A stretch of DNA of 25,375 nucleotides, taken from positions 1 through 25,375 of IMG/VR virus record IMGVR_UViG_3300005805_000444. One strand, 5' to 3'. Source of the stretch: a virus. Its lineage: Duplodnaviria > Caudoviricetes. Position 1 is the first letter of the stretch, and each line of letters opens with the position of its first letter. A program made the position numbers and the translations under genes. Shown here one piece after another: positions 8,460-16,912 of this stretch. The notes under the pieces were generated by a model. It saw nothing but the letters and a program-made list of their open reading frames with translations, was not told the origin of the DNA and searched no databases.

Positions 8460-9022
8460 TACCTTTGGATTACCATTGCAAAAAATGATGAGTTAACAAT
8501 TTTACCTCGTATTTGAATATTACCACGGAACCCCGATCTATAAGTGGAAATATTTCTCATTCCAACCGACTTCAATCTACGGCGAAGAGTTAGCTCACTA
8601 TCTTCATTGATAACATCCTCAATCACATAGTATTTTGACCATGAGTTTTTAAAATTAAGAAACGTTTCCCATTGACTATCAACACGGTGATCACCATCAT
8701 CTATAATAATATCATAATCGGTTGGCATCGTACTTTCAACAAACGCCTTGTCACGCGAATTACCTTTTATGATCGTCATATCCTTTGCAGAGTCGACGAT
8801 AGACATATCCCGTGAAAAATCATCGATTCCGTGAATAAGAGTTTCAGGAAAAAGTTCCTTCCAAGCGGCTAGAGAACGACCCTCATAAACACCAATTTCA
8901 AGCATTTTTGTTGGTGTAAAATTTTTAAACACATCAGCATAACACTGATTATAGCCGTGTCGCCATGGGCCTTTGTCAGTCCTATGCTTATTGAAAATAC
9001 GACCCAGTGTTTCCTTATCCAT
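8459..9022 (-). CDS. Class I SAM-dependent methyltransferase, MycE/TylE-like sugar O-methyltransferase type
   Basis: TDK...HGY...Y, LEIGV..G.S...W...FP, IHGID, DIIIDDGDH and YVIED. Confidence 0.8.
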   Translation of the reverse strand: MDKETLGRIFNKHRTDKGPWRHGYNQCYADVFKNFTPTKMLEIGVYEGRSLAAWKELFPETLIHGIDDFSRDMSIVDSAKDMTIIKGNSRDKAFVESTMPTDYDIIIDDGDHRVDSQWETFLNFKNSWSKYYVIEDVINEDSELTLRRRLKSVGMRNISTYRSGFRGNIQIRGKIVNSSFFAMVIQR

Positions 9023-9470
9023 CTTGATTTCCTATCAGTTTATTTTTATGATCTTGGTACAGTCCATACAGTATATATTCAAGAGAGGACGCCTCGATTT
9101 CCCAAGGGAGATCATGGTAGGGAACCTCATCACTGTTTATCGGCTGACCGTGCCACTTATCGTTTGCATTGTTAAGTTCACCTTTTGCAAACTGTTTCAA
9201 ATGTACTAACTCATGTGCAAGGGTGTGAAGCATTTTCTTCAGACTTCGCGATACTTTCAACTCTATTTCAAACTCTCTTGCTTTGTACCAATCATTGTAA
9301 AAAGTTATGCAACAATTACCTAAATCTTCAATCTTTTTTGTTAGAATGATTTCAACAAAAATGTGCTTGTACATTTGTTTTGATACCAGCTGCTTAGTAT
9401 AAAACTTTGTTGCTGCTATCAATTCTTGTTCAAGTTTTGGATTTCTGCAATTTGTGACAATTACTCTCAT
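9015..9470 (-). CDS. Putative Zn metallopeptidase (HExxH)
   Basis: TLAHELVHLKQ followed by PWEIEA. Confidence 0.8.
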   Translation of the reverse strand: MRVIVTNCRNPKLEQELIAATKFYTKQLVSKQMYKHIFVEIILTKKIEDLGNCCITFYNDWYKAREFEIELKVSRSLKKMLHTLAHELVHLKQFAKGELNNANDKWHGQPINSDEVPYHDLPWEIEASSLEYILYGLYQDHKNKLIGNQDG

Positions 9471-9628
9471 TAATTCTCCGTTTGTTGCTTTTTTACCTCT
9501 TGATCAATCATATACCATATATCGACGGGAGAATGAAATAAAAAACAAACACATTGAAAAATTGTACGACCAAAAAAACCAATAAACGCGATCGGGTACA
9601 TTACCATCCATAAAAGGAACGTTTGCAT
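9470..9628 (-). CDS. Small hydrophobic protein (52 aa)
   Basis: Hand-translated MQTFLLWMVMYPIAFIGFFGRTIFQCVCFLFHSPVDIWYMIDQEVKKQQTEN. It fills the gap exactly, with TGATG and TAATG coupling at the two ends. Confidence 0.75.
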   Translation of the reverse strand: MQTFLLWMVMYPIAFIGFFGRTIFQCVCFLFHSPVDIWYMIDQEVKKQQTEN

Positions 9629-10998
9629 CAACTAAACCCCTTAAAAGCGTCTTTAGTAAATTTTCTGTCTGTATTCTTATCAAACTGTGGAGTATCATCA
9701 ACAATGTTATCTTGTGCTGATTGCTCAACATCGTATAACTTCATTTTAGCCTTATCCACACCAACAACGAATCTTCGTAGTCTTGTAGGATCAGCGTAGC
9801 GGTTTTTCAACTGCTTAAACATAATTTGGTTGAGATCTTCCAACTCCTCCGACGATATCATTGCAAACATCAAGTCTACTGTTGCCGGCAAACCAAACGA
9901 TTCAGATGTGTTTTCAAGCCCAACATCGGAACTTGTGAAACCCGCTCTATTTGTTTGTGTTGCTGAAACAATCGGTACATTAAACTCGACTGCTAGCCCA
10001 CGTAATTCCTCCGCAATTGTCTTAATGTATGTATAAGAATTGACGTTGGCGCCTTGCTTTAAACGACTGGAAGCGCAAATATTCAAGTAATCAATATAGA
10101 TAATATCTGGTTTGAACTTCTTCTTTTGGTTTAATTCCATTAAAAGGTGACGGAAATTAGCTGATCCTGCTGAGGAGGTAGGATATTCTTTGATTACCAA
10201 CTTTCCTACAGCTTTTTCCTTCACTCGATCAAGCTTTTTCTCAAACGCATCACGAGGCAAGAGGTGTAGCTCATCCAAAGTAATGTTCATTAAGTTTGCA
10301 TCGATACGCTCTGCAATCCGCTCCTCAGCCATCTCCATGGTAATGTACAACACATTCTTACCACCGACAATGTTACCAGCAGCGCAATGACACATGAACA
10401 ACGACTTACCAACCCCTGTACCAGCAAGGATCACATTAAGAGTCTTGCGAGGAAGGCCCCCCTTCGTCACTCTATTGAGGTAGTCAATATCAAAAGGAAT
10501 CCTTTCTTCTTTACGGTGGTAGAAGTCATACCGCTGTGAAAGATCCTCGAAGAAGTCGTGTCCAATTTGCGTATCGAAAGAAACCGCAAGAGCTTCTTCT
10601 AGTAACTTAGGAATCTGGTTAGGGCTCTGTGTCGTTGACTTATCATCAAGTATTTTAATCGATTGTGATATAGCATTGTAGATAGCTCTATCTTTACAGA
10701 ACTTTTCCGTTTGTGAAACAAGCCACTCAAGATCTGCTTGTTTATTCTCTAACTTCTCTACCTTTTCTTTTACCAACCCATACTCATCCTGTGTCAGAGT
10801 ATGTGTATTCTCTATCTCAATTAACAAAGCTGTTTCGCTAGGAAATGAATTGAACCTCTCGACATAGCCGTAAATTGTCTTAAATAAAGTCTGGTCTATT
10901 TTGTTTGTAAAATACTCTGTCCGCAAAAAAGGAATGACCTTACGGCCATATCCTTCATTGTGTAGCAGACTAGAGAAGATCAACTCTTCTACAGACAT
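9628..10998 (-). CDS. 41: T4-like replicative DNA helicase gp41 (DnaB family)
   Basis: Walker A AGTGVGKS, YITMEMAEERI, IYIDYLNI, SATQTNR, SESFGLPAT and KQLKNRY. Confidence 0.97.
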   Translation of the reverse strand: MSVEELIFSSLLHNEGYGRKVIPFLRTEYFTNKIDQTLFKTIYGYVERFNSFPSETALLIEIENTHTLTQDEYGLVKEKVEKLENKQADLEWLVSQTEKFCKDRAIYNAISQSIKILDDKSTTQSPNQIPKLLEEALAVSFDTQIGHDFFEDLSQRYDFYHRKEERIPFDIDYLNRVTKGGLPRKTLNVILAGTGVGKSLFMCHCAAGNIVGGKNVLYITMEMAEERIAERIDANLMNITLDELHLLPRDAFEKKLDRVKEKAVGKLVIKEYPTSSAGSANFRHLLMELNQKKKFKPDIIYIDYLNICASSRLKQGANVNSYTYIKTIAEELRGLAVEFNVPIVSATQTNRAGFTSSDVGLENTSESFGLPATVDLMFAMISSEELEDLNQIMFKQLKNRYADPTRLRRFVVGVDKAKMKLYDVEQSAQDNIVDDTPQFDKNTDRKFTKDAFKGFS

Positions 10999-11661
10999 TT
11001 ACGCTCCCGGTGGAAGGAAATCAACATTAAATGAAAGAGATATCCGTGGTCCATCAACACTCATCTCCGGCACATAATGGTGCAGCCACGATGGCCACAT
11101 GTTCATTGTACCTACCTCCGGTTTGATAATCATGGTCTCTGATGTGAACGGTCCGGCATCTTGTGGACGGACAATCGGATCATGGTTACGCAGATCCCGA
11201 GTTGGATTAATAAACGCGAACGGACTCATCGTATCATCACACTCTACATAGAAAGTACCTGAAAACACAGACCGTGCGTGGTGATGTGGAGGATGATAAC
11301 ATCCTTTACGCATAACATTGACCCACAATTGAATAGATGCCTTGTCGTAATTGCATTCGTACTTCAACTCACGACCAAAAGCACAAGCAACACCATAAAT
11401 TGCTTCCTTTAGTTGCCGGATTCCGCTAATATGTTCTAGATCTTGATTATTGAAGAACGTTGTAAACCCACCCTCATAATTCCTCTGCTCTCCTGCCAAT
11501 CCAAGTAGACCAGCTTTCATCTCAGCAATTGGAAGATCCAACTTCACGTTTGTTGTCAGTACGGGAAAGACAGGTGTGTAGTTCAGTTTGTTAAACTCTG
11601 ATGTGCTTGGGCCCGTATACGACGCTTCTGTTGTTGTCAATGCATTGTCACTCATCTTCAC
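10999..11661 (-). CDS. 2OG-Fe(II) oxygenase (TIGR02466-like)
   Basis: WVN...HPPHHH..SVFSGTFYV, WPSWLHHYV and RISLSFN. Confidence 0.85.
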   Translation of the reverse strand: MKMSDNALTTTEASYTGPSTSEFNKLNYTPVFPVLTTNVKLDLPIAEMKAGLLGLAGEQRNYEGGFTTFFNNQDLEHISGIRQLKEAIYGVACAFGRELKYECNYDKASIQLWVNVMRKGCYHPPHHHARSVFSGTFYVECDDTMSPFAFINPTRDLRNHDPIVRPQDAGPFTSETMIIKPEVGTMNMWPSWLHHYVPEMSVDGPRISLSFNVDFLPPGA

Positions 11662-12676
11662 TTACTCCATATTTAAATTCTTGCTGTACTGCTTTTTCAA
11701 GCAACTCCATTACCTCAGGTGTGTAATACTTCTCTGGCTCTTCGTTAATATTTTTTCCAAAACATGAAGTACCGTCGGGTAGTTGATATCTAGTCGACAC
11801 TTTTCGGAAGATCTTATACTTTTCTGCTAGATCTAAGAGGCCGTAGTACCGATCGAGCCCTTTGGCATAAGTAAGTAGCACTTCGACTTGACTGTTCTCT
11901 TTTGAGAGTCTGGACTTGTACATTTTGATCTTGACAATGTTGCCAACAACATCTGTTCCGTCCTTTTCTTTTCGTTTGGAGAGCATAGCAATCGTGCTAG
12001 CTGCGTACTTGAGGCCTGTTCCACCACCGAGCTCCTTCGTAGGCACGTACGAACCGACAAGTTCATAAACGTGATTAGTAACTAACAACGGTATTTTAAC
12101 CTTTGCTAGTTTTAAAGTCAACACGCGAAATGCCGCTTTAATAATTTGAGCCTTGGTCATATCTCTTGTGTCTTTTCCTTCAAGGCTGTCTTCCATCTCT
12201 TTGGATGTGGACAGCATTCCAAGACTATCGAGGACAAACATCATTGGAGGACGCTCTTTCTCCGGTTTCATATCATATGCATCAATCAGTTTCAATGCAT
12301 GCGTCTTAAATTTCTGAATCGTATCAGGTTCTGCAATAATAACACGTGACGTATCAATACCACGTTCTTCCATCATTGCCTTTGTGATTGCGGCTTCGGT
12401 GTCGTAGTAGACGACTCCTCCGGAGGGGTGTTTTTCAAGGAAAGATTTGACGACCCCAAGAACGAAGTAAGTTTTACCAGTAGCGGACTCTCCTGCAAAA
12501 GCAGTAACTTTATTATCAGGTACGCCGCCATAGAGGCTACCAGAGAGAACAGCGTTGAGAGCATAGCTGCCAGTATCAATAAAACCCCCAAACTCAGCAC
12601 TACCAGTGCCGTCAGCGGCCATAGAAGTATCTTCATCTTTTATTTCCCTAATCAGTTCACGGAAAAAATCACTCAT
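11648..12676 (-). CDS. uvsX: RecA-like recombinase UvsX
   Basis: DTGSYALN, Walker A GESATGKT, YYDTE, LDSLGML, TNHVY and GGGTGLKYAAS. The start at 12676 is coupled by TAATG. Confidence 0.96.
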   Translation of the reverse strand: MSDFFRELIREIKDEDTSMAADGTGSAEFGGFIDTGSYALNAVLSGSLYGGVPDNKVTAFAGESATGKTYFVLGVVKSFLEKHPSGGVVYYDTEAAITKAMMEERGIDTSRVIIAEPDTIQKFKTHALKLIDAYDMKPEKERPPMMFVLDSLGMLSTSKEMEDSLEGKDTRDMTKAQIIKAAFRVLTLKLAKVKIPLLVTNHVYELVGSYVPTKELGGGTGLKYAASTIAMLSKRKEKDGTDVVGNIVKIKMYKSRLSKENSQVEVLLTYAKGLDRYYGLLDLAEKYKIFRKVSTRYQLPDGTSCFGKNINEEPEKYYTPEVMELLEKAVQQEFKYGVSEDE

Positions 12677-12861
12677 TAGCATTCCTCACTTTGTAAGTTT
12701 CTAATATATTGACCACGCAAACGTTTGTATGCTTGTAAGACATCGCGTGGAATAATGCCTTCACCCCATTGGTCAATTACCTGTTCAATTGCTGCAGCAA
12801 GCTCACGTGAAGCTTTCAGCTCCGCTGCCGTTCCACGTTCATGCACCTCAAAATCACTCAT
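12676..12861 (-). CDS. Hypothetical protein
   Basis: 61-aa ORF with start/stop overlaps on both sides. Confidence 0.75.
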   Translation of the reverse strand: MSDFEVHERGTAAELKASRELAAAIEQVIDQWGEGIIPRDVLQAYKRLRGQYIRNLQSEEC

Positions 12862-13133
12862 AGTTCTTTTACCTTAATATGTTCTCCGCCAATCTTGTCT
12901 AGTTTGTTTTTAAACGCAACAATCTTTTTTGTCCTATCTGGCCACTTAATATACTCCTGGGTTGGGTTAGCATTTAAGTTTTTCAAAAGAGGAATGATAG
13001 CATCATACATCATTTGTAGTTTTATAGTCAACTCTTCATTACTTTCTAAATGAGGTGTTGTTAACTCTTCCTCACTAGCAAAAGAGAATCCAAAGTCGTT
13101 ATCAAAAGAAACTGTCGAGGGTTTGTTGGTCAT
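12858..13133 (-). CDS. Hypothetical protein of T4-like phages
   Basis: 91 aa, DFGFSF...IIPLLKNL...YIKWPDR. It is in the operon directly after gp43. Confidence 0.75.
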   Translation of the reverse strand: MTNKPSTVSFDNDFGFSFASEEELTTPHLESNEELTIKLQMMYDAIIPLLKNLNANPTQEYIKWPDRTKKIVAFKNKLDKIGGEHIKVKEL

Positions 13134-15786
13134 TGCCTTCCTTCCATCCGATTGCAGTCATGATTGTACGTAATGGCTCAAGAAACGATTTCTCAAACTG
13201 AGTATCGTAGTCAATGTATTTGTCCATCCCAAGCTCTTTGGGCAGTTTGCCAGGAGCAGCTATTACGTCTGTTGGTAGTGGTGACGATCCAAGAAGATAA
13301 CAGAATTTGATCTTCTCACCCTCACCGATTGAAACATACTTCGCTTCTAACTTCTTGATACGAAGTAAGTGATTATATATCAAAGCACCCTTCACATGAA
13401 TCGGTGTACCCTTCAAAAAGTTTAATGTCCCTGTGTTATATGACTTCTGTACAAGTACACCCTTTGCATCGTATACATCTGTCTTTAGAAGACCACGAAC
13501 ACTACGTGGAAATGCAACTTCCTCAAATGGTAACTTTTTAAAGTCGCTCTTGTACTTACGGATAAACTGTTGCAGCGCTGCCTCGTCTTTTTCCATGATA
13601 ACAGAGAACGCTTTCTTCAAATTCTCACGGCACGTTGCTGGTGTTGAGGAGCGAACAGACTCAATACCTTGGATCTTCAACTTTGGCTCGTTGTACCTCA
13701 CACCCTCGAGGTCATACACGTTGAGGATATAGTGCTTCTTACCAGTCCATATTCCTTTATTCGCAATCGCCTCACGCTTCATCTTCATCTTCTGCTCGTA
13801 TGCTTCCACATAATTAGCAAGCAATTCGTAGTTCTTGTCGATGAATGGTTCAAAGTATTCAGCACACACCTTATCCAAATATGTAACAGTGTCGGCTGTG
13901 GACTTGTTCGGATATGTCTTAGCAACAAACTTATCAAGCTTGAGATACATTGAGTCTGTGTCAATAGCAATCACAAAGTCTTCGTTGTCTGTTTTCAACA
14001 ACTTGTTTAACTGTTGGTTAATATTTTTCTCCATCCAGCGAATGGACAATTGACCAGACTTAGTAATAGACTCAGCCAGTCTGTTATCGAACCAACGGAA
14101 GAATTGATTAGACAAAGCACCATAAGCTGAGTTTAACTGAATCTTCTTTGCAAGCTGCATGTTGTGGCATCTTGAAATTTCGTTGATCAGTTCTTGTGAT
14201 GGTTTCGCTTCATAGGCTTTCTTTGCCTCGAGCATTCGTTTCTTCCACAACGAACGATCGTTATACATCTTCTCCATTAGCGTGGGAAGGAAGCCACGTA
14301 CTGTCTTGTCAAACACACAACCGGTCGGTGTAATAGTGAGTGAGTGTTTACCCAATAGCTCTCGAATAGTTTCAAAGCTAAGGAAGTATTCATTCGCAGG
14401 CACATTCACATCACCGTTCATGCCACCAAACGTCATCTTTATTGTGTTGAGTGTTTCCTGGCGTTCTTGCTCATCACGAACACGATCCAATTCACCGTCA
14501 ATAAACTTATCCACGCTGTTTGTTGTGATAGCCAGATCATACTCGAGCATCTGACCACGAAGTGTTTCTGGTGAGATGTTGTACTGCATGATTAGGTGGG
14601 GATATAGACTGTTCAAGTCAAAAGAAACAACCCAATCATGCATCCCTACTTGTGGATCTTTAACGAACGCACCCTCAATCTGACGAGGTTTGTCTCCTCG
14701 TTCTTTCAGAGGGATAACAATCTTCTTTTCCAGTAGATAGTTATGAATAATGACATCCCACATACTTACAGTTGTCAAACTATCAATAAAGTTAACCTTA
14801 CCGTCAAATGCAATTGCATATACCTGCTCGAGCAGCTTCATCTTCTGATCGATTTTGTATACGAGGTCAACGTCACGGATGTTGTAGTTGATGTAGTTGC
14901 GGAAATCACCTTTGTAGAAGTCACTCAGTGTCTCGAATCCTAGTTCCGTGAAATCAAGTTTACGTTCACCAAGTTCGACGAACGCAATGTGATCGAGCTT
15001 AAAGCTTTCCTGGTTTGAGAACGAAAACTTTTTGTACAGTTGTAGATAGTCAAGCACATTAATACCAGCAGGCATGTTCATGTATTCGCCGCTGTCCGAC
15101 GTCGGATCACGTCTTTGCTCCCAAAGATTCCAAGGCGACATACGCTTAGCCATCTTGTCATCGAACAACCTCGTAATCCTGTTAATTAGATAAGGAATAT
15201 CGAAGAACTCGATGTTCCATCCAGTAACAACGTCGGGTAGCCACTCACTTGAACGCCATACATCGAGGAAGCGCTCGATCATATCACGCTCACTCTTACA
15301 TTCGACGTAGGTTACATAGTCAAGCTCAGGTGTGTATGGCTGAAGACCGAACGTGATCGCCTTCCTATCCTTACGCAACGTAATAGCAGTAAGAGCTTTA
15401 TCTGCTGTCTTAATATTAGGGAATCCACCTTCTGAGTCAGTCTCAATGTCAAGTGTAACAACAGATATCAACGTCGGATCGTAGTTAACCTCACCAGGAA
15501 ATGCATCGTTGATGTACTGGTAGTGATAAGATTCAGGACCATAGCCATATAGCTGATGTCCAGCAACATCCTTATACTGCTTTATGTAATTAGATGCCTC
15601 ACGCATCGATCCCAGGTGAAGCTTGGATACACTCTTACCCTCAAGGGTTTTGTACTCCGATGTCTTTGACGAACTAACGAACACATATGGGTCGTATTCG
15701 ACAATATCCTGGAATCTTTGTCCGTCTTCATAGCCACGGACGTATATCTTATCGAACGCTTTGAAAACGTGTGTGTAAAATTTCAT
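13102..15786 (-). CDS. 43: Family B DNA polymerase gp43
   Basis: Exonuclease motifs DIETD, GWNIEFFD and YNIRD. Polymerase motifs DLNSLYP, KIQLNSAYG, DTDS and KKHY. Confidence 0.98.
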   Translation of the reverse strand: MKFYTHVFKAFDKIYVRGYEDGQRFQDIVEYDPYVFVSSSKTSEYKTLEGKSVSKLHLGSMREASNYIKQYKDVAGHQLYGYGPESYHYQYINDAFPGEVNYDPTLISVVTLDIETDSEGGFPNIKTADKALTAITLRKDRKAITFGLQPYTPELDYVTYVECKSERDMIERFLDVWRSSEWLPDVVTGWNIEFFDIPYLINRITRLFDDKMAKRMSPWNLWEQRRDPTSDSGEYMNMPAGINVLDYLQLYKKFSFSNQESFKLDHIAFVELGERKLDFTELGFETLSDFYKGDFRNYINYNIRDVDLVYKIDQKMKLLEQVYAIAFDGKVNFIDSLTTVSMWDVIIHNYLLEKKIVIPLKERGDKPRQIEGAFVKDPQVGMHDWVVSFDLNSLYPHLIMQYNISPETLRGQMLEYDLAITTNSVDKFIDGELDRVRDEQERQETLNTIKMTFGGMNGDVNVPANEYFLSFETIRELLGKHSLTITPTGCVFDKTVRGFLPTLMEKMYNDRSLWKKRMLEAKKAYEAKPSQELINEISRCHNMQLAKKIQLNSAYGALSNQFFRWFDNRLAESITKSGQLSIRWMEKNINQQLNKLLKTDNEDFVIAIDTDSMYLKLDKFVAKTYPNKSTADTVTYLDKVCAEYFEPFIDKNYELLANYVEAYEQKMKMKREAIANKGIWTGKKHYILNVYDLEGVRYNEPKLKIQGIESVRSSTPATCRENLKKAFSVIMEKDEAALQQFIRKYKSDFKKLPFEEVAFPRSVRGLLKTDVYDAKGVLVQKSYNTGTLNFLKGTPIHVKGALIYNHLLRIKKLEAKYVSIGEGEKIKFCYLLGSSPLPTDVIAAPGKLPKELGMDKYIDYDTQFEKSFLEPLRTIMTAIGWKEGNDQQTLDSFF

Positions 15787-15792
15787 AAGTTA

Positions 15793-15836
15793 GATACCTC
15801 GACGGGTATCATACGTCACTTCTTAAATAACGACAA
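15793..15836 (-). promoter_or_regulatory. Candidate sigma70 promoter (TTGTCG-N17-TATGAT) overlapping a hairpin that covers the gp43 SD
   Basis: -35 at 15831-15836 and -10 at 15808-15813. The hairpin GATACC-CGTCGA-GGTATC (15793-15810) contains GAGGT. Confidence 0.5.
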
Positions 15837-16550
15837 CTCTCGCTCTTTGTTTGCTTTCAGATAATTGGAGAGCTTGTCCATGTAACCGCGGTTACGCAAC
15901 TCTTTGAACACAAGGTTCTCAAAAGAAAACTCACCACCAGCTTGAATAGCTGCACCACGCATTGCGCGTAGTTTATCTTTAAGAGTATCAGCAGCACCGA
16001 CACTCTGCTTACCCTTCACCATATTATCTATCTCTTTTGTGTAGAACTCAACTTTTTGTGCTAGGAGAGTGTCCTTAGCAAAATTCATTTTAACAAACTT
16101 TGGCTCCTGCACCCATCTATTCTTCAGCAACGAGAACACGCCTTGTCCAGGACGTGGTTTTGCTCTTTTGTCTTCAGCAAACAATTCAACCGGATATCCA
16201 AGCACCTTAATGTTTGTGTGGTTTGCAGCCCATAACGACTTCTTTGCCATAAAGTAATCCATTACAATTGCTTCATCACAGCTTACTTTATCGTAATCAA
16301 TTATAATGTGGACGTCGAGATCGGATTGTTTCGTGTAGTTGTAATTTGCATTTCCACCAGTGAGAACAATATCAAGGATATTGTTGTTTTCTATGTTTGC
16401 AAACTTTGCCCATACACGAGCAATCTCAAGTAACTTGGTCCGAACCTTCTGGTCGATTTTTTTGTCGTTCCAGAATTTCGGATTCAAGTCACGGTGGTAT
16501 TGGAGTGTTGTCTTTACAACAGCTTCGTTAAATTGGTGGAATGATTGCAT
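15816..16550 (-). CDS. DNA polymerase-beta-superfamily nucleotidyltransferase
   Basis: LTGGNANYNY...SDLDVH (hG[G/S]...DxD) plus a third acidic residue in VELFAE. The N-terminus MQSFHQFNE is CTS-like. Confidence 0.8.
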   Translation of the reverse strand: MQSFHQFNEAVVKTTLQYHRDLNPKFWNDKKIDQKVRTKLLEIARVWAKFANIENNNILDIVLTGGNANYNYTKQSDLDVHIIIDYDKVSCDEAIVMDYFMAKKSLWAANHTNIKVLGYPVELFAEDKRAKPRPGQGVFSLLKNRWVQEPKFVKMNFAKDTLLAQKVEFYTKEIDNMVKGKQSVGAADTLKDKLRAMRGAAIQAGGEFSFENLVFKELRNRGYMDKLSNYLKANKERELSLFKK

Positions 16551-16573
16551 GGTACCAAATAGAAGTTATCCTC

Positions 16574-16581
16574 TATTTAGT
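16574..16581 (-). promoter_or_regulatory. T4-type late promoter ACTAAATA
   Basis: About 24 nt upstream of the ATG at 16550. It is identical to the motif at 2401-2408. Confidence 0.65.
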
Positions 16582-16688
16582 CAATACATCCTATTGAATC
16601 CATTCCGTTCCAAATAACGTCGACGGCCTTCTGCCATCTGCATTATAAAATTCCAAATACTCGTAAAAAAGTTTGTAACGTACTTCAT
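16581..16688 (-). CDS. Small protein (35 aa)
   Basis: Hand-translated MKYVTNFFTSIWNFIMQMAEGRRRYLERNGFNRMY, ATGA-coupled to the upstream gene. Confidence 0.6.
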   Translation of the reverse strand: MKYVTNFFTSIWNFIMQMAEGRRRYLERNGFNRMY

Positions 16689-16852
16689 AGCATCCCCCTA
16701 CGTGCAAGTGTACACATTCTTTGTTCTAGGTCGGCAAGATCTGTTGATTGTGCTAGGTAAGCTTCAATTTCTTGCTGATAAGAAGGAACAAACGACTCCT
16801 TTATCCATTGCATTATTTCTCTTAACGTTGGTGTTTCTACTTGTATATGCAT
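16685..16852 (-). CDS. DUF3563-like small protein
   Basis: EAYLAQSTDLADLEQRM motif, recalled from Burkholderiales proteins. The start is uncertain (ATG 16852 chosen). Confidence 0.7.
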   Translation of the reverse strand: MHIQVETPTLREIMQWIKESFVPSYQQEIEAYLAQSTDLADLEQRMCTLARRGML

Positions 16853-16874
16853 GTTTTTACCCATATGTCTTTTG

Positions 16875-16904
16875 AACAAAATAATAGCCGGCGCACGGCC
16901 GGCT
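16875..16904 (-). terminator. Probable intrinsic terminator after hsp20
   Basis: GC-rich stem AGCCGGC-cgtgc-GCCGGCT followed by ATTATTTTGTT on the minus strand. Confidence 0.6.
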
Positions 16905-16912
16905 CGGCTTAA

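Noticed and set aside
9504-9731. 75-aa minus-strand ORF
   Set aside because: It overlaps gp41 out of frame. The 9470-9628 frame fits the gap exactly, with coupling at both ends.
14340-14560. Intein in gp43
   Set aside because: The segment is too short and lacks splice-junction residues.
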